A DNA stretch of 64,000 nucleotides from Balanoglossus misakiensis. Taxonomy: Eukaryota > Animalia > Hemichordata. The stretch lies in NCBI GenBank assembly GCA_040954595.2, contig CM082593.2, forward strand, positions 4,171,434-4,235,433, written 5' to 3'. Each line of letters starts with the position of its first letter. Position 1 is the first letter of the stretch. The notes below the pieces were generated by a model that ran no database searches, had not been told where the DNA came from, and saw only the letters and a program-made list of their open reading frames with translations. Shown here one piece after another: positions 11,501 through 22,300 of the stretch. A program made the translations under genes and the position numbers.

Positions 11501-11917
11501 TTCATCAGAACTTTCATCAGTGTCGCTAGTCGTGTTGTCACTACTAGTACTAACCAATGATATGACTGGATGTTTTCTGTTTCTTTTGGAGAGAACTTTC
11601 AACAACACAACACTCTCTTCTAAATCTGCAGCCCCGTCTTCCCGGTCGGAATCCAGGTTGTTCTCAACAATCTCACGTTCCCCAGTTCCTGCATTGTTAT
11701 TACTTTCGCGAACGCAATCATTTCCTTTGTGTTTATTACTTGGAGAGTCATCTTCATGCATGACGCCATCTTGACAGTGGCTTGTATAACCCCCCTGTCC
11801 ATAGTGAACTTGCTGGTACAATTCTTGTTCAGCTTCACGATCAGACTCCTCCTCACTTTCACTGTGTAGTCCGTAGACGTCCCGCTCGTAATCCTCAATG
11901 GAGTCGTATCCTGCCAT
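8556..11917 (-). CDS. ZCCHC7: Zinc finger CCHC domain-containing protein 7 (Air1/Air2 homologue, TRAMP-like subunit), ~695 aa
   Basis: Phase-consistent GT-AG exons: 11917-11174, 11049-10915, 10780-10604, 10482-10447, 10229-10137, 10020-9768, 9658-9549, 9429-9169, 9058-8863, 8638-8556. Five CX2CX4HX4C knuckles, NRYY before knuckle 1, CPDRWRQF linker between knuckles 4 and 5, acidic N-terminus (EQELYQQVHY), Lys-rich tail with DDFPR. Confidence 0.9.
8689..8795. mobile_element. Degenerate Tc1/mariner(pogo)-type MITE in the last ZCCHC7 intron
   Basis: Left end TA|CAGTCAAACCTGT and inverted ACAGGTTTGA near 8783-8792; ~105 bp long; right terminus eroded. Confidence 0.55.
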
Positions 11918-12504
11918 CCTGATTCCTGTTAGAGCCTTCAGTACACCCAGTCTTTAATACAACTGTCAGGTGGGAACTTCATGTACATATATAAACCCAA
12001 CTTCGATGACCGGTAATCCATCCAAAGTCTATCTGATATACACCAGAAAATGCAGCTTTTTCATTTGGTTCTAACAGAAAAGTCATCAAATATATTTAAA
12101 TGCTCCATTGCAGCACACAGTCGCATGGGAATGAGGCGATCGTCGTGATTCCCATATGCGACTGTGATCTACACCACGGTTACTAGTATAAACCGTGTCT
12201 ACACACCGGTTTGCGTGCAAGTAGTAGACGCATGACCTTTGGCTACGATGTGTCCCCAAAGATACAGCTTTCGACAGCATGCGACGCCTACTTCCAGTTT
12301 CACGACTGTTTCAGTGACTGTCCGCAAGTGAAAGTCACCCAAGAGTCAAATATATATGAAAGCAAAACTGCATGCACGCGGTGTGTAACACAGAACAACT
12401 CCGAGAACAACACACGTTATGTTGATATAAAACGAAAGATCGAATAATGAATTTAACGTCATTTAGTGTCAACTCGATAAATCGTATCCAAAGCATGTAC
12501 TTAC

Positions 12505-12900
12505 CAATGTCAATGAGTTATTGGTATTGTTAAACAAGAAGAAAATACCAAAATATGTTCTCGGAAATCACCCATGCCTCGTTGCCTCATACCCGGAAGT
12601 CGGACGTCTCGCATTGTGGGTGGACTTGATTCCGATTCAGGTTTAAATTAGTGCAACCTCTCTCCTTTCGTTAATCGTCACCGTAAGTGTTTTTCGTGGT
12701 AAAAGCCATTTTTACCACATGAACATGACTTAAAATATACAATTTTATCAGGAGATTTTTTTGCGGGACGTGGGAATTCTTCGGTAAAGCGCATGGTCAC
12801 GTGACGCGATGGAAAAAAGATCCTCACCGCGAATCTGATTCCTGGGCCATGTTGACCTCTTATCATCTGCATATGACATTTGCAAGACGCCACCAATAGG
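12505..12900 (-). promoter_or_regulatory. Probable ZCCHC7 non-coding first exon and housekeeping-type promoter
   Basis: Minus-strand donor GTAAGT at 12504-12499 and acceptor ttttctgttag at ~12071. ETS motif CCGGAAGT (12593-12600), palindromic E-box GTCACGTGAC (12796-12805), CCAAT at ~12893. Confidence 0.55.
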
Positions 12901-13804
12901 GACCTAGAGAAATTCATTTAGGGGTGAACCATTTGAAATTTGGGTGGGGGGGGGGGGACAAGTGTTATCAAAGATGTAATATTATATCATGAATACTCAC
13001 GGCTACTGCAAAATAATAACTCACAGATAGAACAAAATGCATAAAGGTACTTTTTATTCCAATGCGAAATGGAAGACATAACTTTTGATGAACATGGAAG
13101 ACAGTTGTAAGGGAAGTTTCAAATGATACAACTGAAAAAATGTAACAATTACACAAAATTGCAATTGGTAAATTTATTTCTACCGCAAACCTTGGCATAT
13201 CCAGTAAACTTGACTAACTCTATTATGTGTATGTGTTCCTGGTTCTGCATATTTAGTACTTCAACCCCACCAATTACTTGATTCACATCAGTACTGAAAT
13301 ATATGTTGTATCAAAAGTTATCACTAGCTAGAAGTCTCTTAAAATGTGATATTAGACATAGTACCAACAGCACAATTATGGAATGTAAGTGTGAGTCAGA
13401 AAGACCAAATTCATCAGTTAAATTAGAGAGTCAAGGCTTTAAAGTTCATACAAGTAATCTGCAAAATAAATATGAAAAACTTAAAATATTTATGCCAAAA
13501 TTTTTTAAATCCCAATTCTTTGAAGAAATATTTCACAAAAACTGGAGTAAACAAATGAATATTGTACACATTTATTGCACTAATATCAGTTAACCATAAA
13601 CTGGAACTTGGAATTGGAAATATTTAGATCTGGAAAAATAATTTACTTCTGAGTAAATCACTTCTTTTAACTGCTATAATTCATATCTAATATACTATAT
13701 TGTGTAAATTTATTATATGAATATATCTGCAAAACCCCGTCAGTCCATAACAGACAAAAACACACATTATGCTCATCATATAAAAGTCAATGTTTGTAGA
13801 ATTT

Positions 13805-16545
13805 TTAAATAAAGAAGTCAGAAGTGCTCAAACTGGTTTTAACCGCATCGTAGTGCTCCAAGCTCCAATCACAGGTGGGGTTACATCCTGGAGTTGTGCA
13901 GTCCCGGTACCTGGACTCTGTCGTGCTCTTGCTACCAAAGTACCAATCAGAGAAGGCCATCTGCGGGGTTGTTCCATTCACAAAATAGGTAGTCCAGCCA
14001 GTGATGTCTGACGCCTGCGAGTGGGCATAACACGAGGATATGTACACTGCATCTTTTGTTGAATTAAACAGGGGTTGTGAGATCTCAGTGAACTCTGTTA
14101 GATAATAGGTGTAGTAATATTTCCCTTTCGTGTCGCAATCATCGGGGTAGCACCTCAAATCCAGGGCGTACCAAATCGTCCAGTAGTCGTACATCGAGTT
14201 GAGGACAAACATTGGTGTCTTGATGTAAGGGAATGAGTACTGGGGAAAGAAGCATTTCCATTTGTTGTTCCTGTCATGACCCGCCAAGCATGCTTCATTG
14301 AGACTTCCTAATAAATAAAATAAACACATAGATGTAAGAAACGAAACTGAAAAGCTAGACGACAGCTGGCAGCCATTCATTGCAACACAACACTGGGGAA
14401 CATGAACAACATGCTCACCTTGTACTTGCTGAAAATTGTAGATCCTCTGATATGCAATTCTGATATGCTGGAAGTTAGTGATGTTCCTGACATCCGGAAT
14501 GTAGCCGGCATCCACCAGGGCATGGAAACTGGCACCTGATGACGCTGCAATCTTGTTCTGGATATGATCAGCATGTATATAAGCAGCTATTCCTCCAGCT
14601 GAAAAATATGTGGAGAAATTAAATCATACAACATTGTTGCAGCCCAGCAATGAATCTCAAGAGATAATTCCATATAATGACACCATATGCATATACCTGA
14701 GACACCAGTGAGAATAACTCTCTCGGATTTGGATAATCCGTGTTGTAGAAGATAATCTAACAACAGGTCTAGTACTCTCTTCCCACGGAAGTAGATATTC
14801 TTGTCTTCATGTTGGGTAGGCATGTCGGCATTACCTGATATAGAAAAATAAACAGCAATATGGCTAAGGTTTACAAATCTAAATGAGAATTGTAGGTTTA
14901 TAAATAATTCAATTGAAAATATAAATCTGTGTATGAAATGTAATACTGTGAATAAAACATAGCATTCTCATGTGTAGTTTTTATTTACCTGAAAATGAAG
15001 CTCCGTCACAGTATGCAAGGTAGGCGATATTCCAGTTGTAGAAGTCCGGACTGACTGCCGGGTCACTGGACAACATTCCATCCAACCGAACTTGGGAAGG
15101 GAAGAGATGGGATGAGCCAAGCTCTGTCGAACTTCTTTCGTAACAGTGTGAGATGTTGTAACACCAGCCACCTTCCGGTAACACGATGATCCAAGAGTCG
15201 TCACCACTATTTCTACCTGTCAAGTACAACAATAAGAGGAAAGATGTACGAATTTTAACACTGGGTTCTGCTGTCAATCACCTTAAATCACCACCTTTGA
15301 ACTATGAACTCCCACCACATACATGTACACTGGGGCAAGAGCCTTCTGGAAATAAATTTTATCCACTCAAATTGTTTCTGACAAAAGATGTCTTTTTCCG
15401 CAGACACAGTGTTCTGTTTTTGTAGAAATATCTGAATTCATTACATAGGCAACATCAATGGTGTGTCTGATCAATGCCATACATATAGATGCACAAATGC
15501 ATTTTGCAGAACAACACCATTTTTTCTGACTCATTCCTATGGCAATCAATGGCTAATTGATGCCATGGTTACCATTTAATAGAGTGTCCTAATACTGGTG
15601 AATACATGTATCTATACTACGCATATATCTGTCCATTCTATACAGGTATCATTTTATATCATTTGTGTGTAATTAACATCTGTCGCCATTAAAGTTGTGT
15701 GTGTATTACAAACAGCAACAGAGTGAGAATTAGATTACTCTTTGATCAATTCTCAATTTAGAAACAACTTCTGACATTTAACATACGTTTATAATCAATT
15801 GAAATGAAAATGTCACAGGGTGGCATGTTCTGTTTCACTCACTGCGTGTAATATATCACACGAAATTAATGTCATTGTCCCCTTTAATTCAATTGCCATG
15901 TTAAATGTAGTCTCAGTCTCCATCTTAATAGAGACCTTTAATGTCATGCTATTACTGGAAATAATAGTACATGCACATTGAATTTTACCTTGGCAACATA
16001 TGTTTATCAATTTATAAACAATTAATACAACATTTAAAATCCATCATGATCATTATTCATTGTTTTTTCCTATGGCAGGACTGTAAGACTGAAATGGTAG
16101 CAAAACACTTCCTAGCTAGCATCCCCTGTATTATTGCTGGAGGGGGGGGGGGGGGGTAGTGGTGAGTGGTACTGGACTCAGTGCTAACTAGGCTATCCTC
16201 ATTAAAATACGGTCACACAAAAAAACCACATCAACACAAACCTTTTCTGAAATAATATCCCGGCGGAGAACCATCCAGGCAATAGGCACCCTCCTCATTG
16301 GCTAGTTCCTGTGGCAACTTGACGAGGTGCGCGTACGACTGGACGGGTACGACCGTCTTCTTTGCGGTCAGGTACCATATGAGCCAAACCAGCCACGCCA
16401 CGAACAGGATTCCCATTACAGTCCATTTGTTACAGATCTTTGCGATGCAGTGACGCCGGTAGATTTTCTTCTTCTTCTTTCCCACACTTTCGCTTTTGGG
16501 AAACTTGATGTAGCCGTCGGTCAAGCCCCTCATAATGCGTGGCAT
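13805..16545 (-). CDS. Pectin acetylesterase/Notum-family alpha/beta hydrolase, ~450 aa, predicted type II membrane anchor
   Basis: Exons 16545-16242, 15216-14989, 14834-14697, 14598-14419, 14307-13805 (sum 1353 nt, in frame). Family motifs AYCLDGSPPGYY, EGGWC, NPDF-like SPDFYNWN, YCDGASFSG, YFRG, nucleophile elbow TGVSAGG, NSMYD (Asp) and SCYAH (His). KKKKK precedes the hydrophobic stretch WTVMGILFVAWLVWLIWYL. Confidence 0.9.
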
Positions 16546-18188
16546 ACTAAGTTCAACCACAAAACAGTCGAAAAAATGTCCGGTGATGCAAAAACCAGTG
16601 TTCTAGGACTTCAGCACAGAATCCTTTACATCAGATCATCAACTGCTTTCACATTAAATGTGGTCGTGCCAGACAAACGACTTGCAGGTGTTGGATAGTT
16701 ACCATGGAAACACTTTCAAATAATCGATACTGTTCAAATGGAGTGTGCCATTTCTTCGATTACTCTCAGAGTAAGGACACCACAGTCAGCCATTGAACAC
16801 ACGTAATTGGTCTCTCAAATATTATCATAACAAGATATCTTGATTTCTTCACATCCACTCAGTCGAGTTTCTCCAAGATTTCATCTAACACTGAACAGCC
16901 ACAGCGACACTGAAACTTCCAGCTGATTTTGACACTCGTTATTTTTTAACGAACCTAAATAGAGAAAAAATATAACAGTACATATGAGAGCCATGCCATG
17001 CCTTAGTATATTAATGCAGTCATGTTACTGTTAGTGGGGAGCAAAGGTGTTAACCAGGGTTTTCAAATTCATTTACCAATGTTTCCAAACCTGAATGAAC
17101 ACTCTGACATAACCACAGGCAAAATGAGCAACGAACTTCAGTATTGGAGACTGAAATTGATACTCACATCAATGCAAAAGAAAAAAATGCTGCCAATAAA
17201 AAATATTACGAACCTTAACCTGGACTAATGCAGTATTGTATCACCTCCACCCAGCCCAGTGTTCATGTCACCGCAATGAACATGGCAATTAGCAGTCAGT
17301 AAATGACGAATACCAAAACTAATTGGCTTAAACGTTAAATGCCAGTAAAAATACAATTTTTTGTTCGTAAAGAACAGTTTTCTCTGCTTCACCTCATGCA
17401 CTGCAATGGCAGCTGTTGCCAAAAATAAACCCGACAGAGCAACAATAAAATGGGACAATAATTCAACATCTATTGTTATTCAAATGAATAATATTCATGT
17501 TAAGTAGCATGCAACAATATGGTTTAACAAGGGTAAATTTTAATTTTAATAGAAATGTCACAGTCAGAGTCCACAGACAAAATTACAAATGTTAATTTGG
17601 TATGTACGTCTGCTAATATCAAATAAATTTGGTGAGAATATATCTTTTGTGTGGAATGCGCAAAGAGCGCTGTTCTCGTAGCATATCATATGTAAAATTA
17701 ACATCACTACCAGCTAAAATCTACACGTAAATTATATGCAAATGACATGACTCAGCTCGCTCTCAATGTCTCTGTGGTTTATTATGTACTCATGATGGTT
17801 TTTCTCATGTGAGTGTGGAGGGTGGGGTCGTGTTATGAATAACTAGTCCAAACATTATAGTATTTGGGGTAAGGTACATTTCATACTTTCATTAAGGGGA
17901 GGCAGTTGTCTGAACTTTTCTGTTTATAACACATCAATAGGTTTGTTTCTAAACTTCAGGAGACCAAAACAGACACAATGATGAAATAAAAAGAGTAGAA
18001 AGTAGTTAAGTATGAAAAATTTTAAGTCAACATCATCGGTAAAGCTTAGTGATTCTTTTTGGCACTGGTGTGAATTACTCGGTGTATTTCATGAGAGCAC
18101 AAGAAAGTCTGACACTTCTAAGGATACTTTTGATATTTTCAGCGAAATACAGTGTTCAGTTGCGGACTTTTAGGTCGCATGTACTTAC

Positions 18189-18365
18189 AGCTGGTGGAGT
18201 CATCCCATCCACGCTTTCCAGCCGCTCTTCCGCATCATCTGCTATCCTCTCACGTGACCAAGGCAACCCAAACCTGCCTAACTGTGTCTTTAATCTTAAG
18301 CGCTTCCAAAGAGACACCCTAACTTCGTTTAAAAAATCGACGCTTCGCTAAGCATGACGTCACCC
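18189..18365 (-). promoter_or_regulatory. Probable non-coding first exon/promoter of the PAE/Notum-like gene
   Basis: Minus-strand donor GTAAGT at 18188-18183, a pyrimidine-rich acceptor (ttttttctctatttag) at ~16955, and a TGACGTCA CRE at ~18355-18362. Confidence 0.4.
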
Positions 18366-18383
18366 TCAACATACATGTACGTA

Positions 18384-18386
<3 letters not shown>

Positions 18387-18439
<53 letters not shown>
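18387..18439. repeat. (CT)~26 microsatellite
   Basis: Perfect dinucleotide run read directly. Confidence 0.98.
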
Positions 18440-18442
<3 letters not shown>

Positions 18443-19309
18443 ACATGAATAAATGCAATAAGACAGTGCAAGAAATGCCTGCTCTTTTGCATATATTTTT
18501 ATTTGTTTATATACATTTTGTCAGGAAGGAGCAAAAGCGAATAATAGTTGATATCTGAAATAGTAAAATAAATGTAAATTCCTATTTTATTTTATTCCGC
18601 TTAAAACACTTAACTATGTGGAACTAGTGCTGAATACGTGGTATTATCTAAACATCTATAGGTCATATATAAATATAGATCAAAAAGTATATTTACGTGT
18701 TTCTTAAAGATATTTAATGGAATGACGAAAGAATGTATTTTGAATCCACCTTTAAAGATATATCTCTATGTAATTTTCAAGTGAAGGTGCAACATTGTTT
18801 TTACAAAATAAATAACTTTCAACTTGCATTTACATATAAAATTTAACAAATAAGAAATAAACTCGATATGTAGCTTTATTTAAAAATTCCGTTAACTGTA
18901 TGCACACACACACGCATTATTTTTTACTAATGATCAATTGATATGTATACATGTTGCCAAAGACAGAGAGATTTTGTGATATTATTGAGTTACATTATTC
19001 GATTTAAACATAATAACACAATTTATGTGGATGTACACTTTGTTAATTATCAAAACTGAAGAAACATTGAGTGACGCAGTAACTTTATAAGTCTCTGCAA
19101 TTTCCCCTATCCCTTGTATTTACAGCGATTTATTTGGTAGCCTCAGTCGAAGAAACGCAAAATGGTTGGCCCAGCCTTCGTCACCGGTTGCCAAGTAAAC
19201 GTCGTTGTGTACATTTCCTTGAAGAAAACCCATCATCGACGCATCAAATAACATAACATAACCATAAACAGAGTATTCCGTATTCGGCCATTAGCCAATC
19301 ACAAGATAA

Positions 19310-22300
19310 TTATTTTGTCGTTTCTTCACCGACTTTCTTGTCATCATTCTGTAAATAAAATTTCAAAAGACATTTCCCGTCAAGGAAAGCTTTTGTATAT
19401 TCAATAAATCATGCCGAAACATCGAGTGTTTAAAAGCATCATTTGACAAGTATTGTCCCTGAAAACAGCAACAACAAATTTTCTTGCGCGTTCAACCACT
19501 CTAACCTTGACACGTCACCTTCACCTTGGATACAGGGGGCATTCATTCATTCATTCAATCCATATCAAAAGAAAAAAAGAAATATTTAGCAAAAATTAAA
19601 CTGAATATAGTTTTATACATCCACTCACCGAACATGACACACTCAACGTATCATTTGTTGTCAAGGCGGACGCGCTCGTTGTCAAGGTCTTTGTAGTTCC
19701 GGTAGATTTACTGGAATCTGTCCAAGCTAACGAATGACTACGTGAAGTTACTTTTCCAGATTTGTATTTCTTTCTGAAGATAGTTTTCACCTGTTCACGA
19801 TAGAAGGTAAAGTCAATAAAATATAACCACCTTTATAAATGCTTGATTAAAACTCGTGCTAGCAGATAAGAAGTATGCAGACTAAGTCAAAGCGACATAT
19901 ACAAAAACTCACCTCGTCATTACAAACACAGTGTAGGATAAATATGAACAACCCCTGCAACAAATAAGAAAGTGATTCAATAATCTTGACTGCAATTAAT
20001 GAAGGGAACGATTTTACGGCGAGGAGCTATGAAGTATGATAATAATAGGATGGATTTTATATCATGTAAATTTCTTTCACTTACTTGTAACGAATTGAAC
20101 ACGGCAAACAAATAAGCGAAGACCATGGTATCCTCGCTAAAGGCAAATATTCCAAAGATCCATGTTAACCCAAGCAATGGCAGAAGGATCAGGCATGCAC
20201 GAAATCCAGACCTGTAAGAAGACAAAACACACTTTATAAATACTTTTCTCTCGGGAGACAAACAATTCAATTATATTATACAATTTGAGGATTAATATTT
20301 TACCTGATCTTTTGAATCTCGCTTTTCTTCGCATTTGCTCTGACTCCCATGAAGGCCTTCATGACAAACACCAAAACACCTGTGTTTACCTACAAGGCAA
20401 TATATAAATGACGTCTATTGTGAAATTGCGAGTCCACATGGATGGTATTTCGTGGAAGATTAGCCAAACTTTTCAATCAGAAACATTTGTGTTTTAAAAC
20501 TTCACGATAAATGGCCTGCGTCTGTAATGCATATAACTTAACGTACCACAATGATACAAATAACTGGTCCGACAAAAGCATAAATGACACCATCTGTTGT
20601 TGTGAGCCAGCATCTGAAAGACAATGCACAATGAATTTATTTAATTCATTGGACGAGATATACGCAAATACCGGGTGAGTATTCCTATAACGCCAACACG
20701 TCTGCCTCTGTTTCAAATAAACAAAGACAACAGCCGAGACACTTGGGGGCGTCCCACTTATCCCTGTTGCATGCCTCAGTATTAGACGCCGGCGGTCCTA
20801 CAGAGAGACAGTGAACGTCTGCAAAATCCAGACATGTAGCCTGCAGAAAAGACGTTTCTTTTTTGTCGGAGAAGCAATTTATTTCATCACCTGAGCACAA
20901 AATGAACTCCACTATTAGAAATATCTAAATATGTCCCTTTAATATGTTTATATATGCTTTTATGCTCTTTAGCACTGTCCTTTACATAAACGTTACTTTC
21001 CATTAAAAGCCATTAAGTTACATTTTGAGAATGATATCACTCTCGGATGTCATCACGTGACCGACAATGCAGCGTTTCAAACCGGTAAACTATGACATTT
21101 CAGGGTTATTCACCCTCTACGAACGCGCATTAAGAATTCTGTCTCCGAGAAAGTGCTTTTCCAGAGTTTTGCGAGACCATGGTCCATCATGTTACCGGCA
21201 AAAAGTTTCAATTTTACTCTACTTCGTCTACTTACATAATATCATTTCCATAGTGCTCGTGTCTGATGGATGCAGTGATTGCAACGATGATGGCAGGAAT
21301 GGCCCAGCCCAGCATGAAGTAGTACGGCACGACGTTGTTGCTAGGGGCGAATACGGAGCTGACTTTGAGATAGAGTTGCACCCCCTGGGCCAACATCCAG
21401 AAGAAAGTAGCGAGGAACAGATAATGGAGAATGATGGCGACGGCCGTACAAAGTGTCTGTGAAATGATCATAAAGAATATTGATTTAAAACTTGGTGGAC
21501 GAGTAATCTGTAAAGCGCCCTCTACATAGGCGACTAACTAAACCACCTGCAACTTTCTTAAAAAATATTACTGTTGAGTTTAGTTAGCAATTAGAAAGCC
21601 ATGTCCCGTTTGTCAAAGGCAGGTATATGCTCTACAGTAGAGATAGTTAACTAAGGCAACACTTCTTACTGGGTTATTTGTGGCGGACGTAGCTGATAAA
21701 AATAGCAGTTGGGCGGTCGCCAAGGCAACGACAAGATTCAGCAAGATGATAACTCGTTCTGAAGTCAACCTGAAACAACAGACAACAGTGCGAGAGTAAG
21801 GCGAAGCAAGTTCCAGAACAAGTGATATACAAAAAATGGTAATGTCAATTATTTGTGGAGTGCCCTAAATAATATGAGTGGATGTTTACCTGAAATAAAC
21901 AAGCGTGATGAAGGTCAGCAACAAACAGCAGAAGGAAATGCTACATCCAACTTCTGTTATAATCTTTAACGCTCGCATATGAACATCAGCAATCTAAAAC
22001 AGAAAAAGGTAAAGTCATATTATGAGTTATTTTGACGTAAACCTATGAAATCACAGTTAATACATGTTAAAGCTAGCGAGACAAGGATTAAGGTTAATCT
22101 GTTTATGGTGGTTATGGAGATACTGTATCCAAATAAGCCTTATGACATGCCCGTTCCCCCACATGATGAGTGATTGCGTTCCAGGCTTTTTGGCTCACAT
22201 CAGCAGTCCAGTGGATTTACTCGATTACTGCTTGATTTCGTAGTTCAGGGTCAAGAATGACGGGTGTATTATGCTATCAAGGTGTGCTTAATCAATATAG

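Noticed and set aside
11006-11774. Plus-strand ORFs up to 193 aa overlapping ZCCHC7 (similarly 41233-42306 and 61292-61952)
   Set aside because: Antisense shadows of real minus-strand coding exons.
13805-16545. Assigning the gene symbol NOTUM
   Set aside because: Motifs (GGWC, YCDGASF) and the membrane anchor fit the PAE-like branch rather than a true Notum orthologue.
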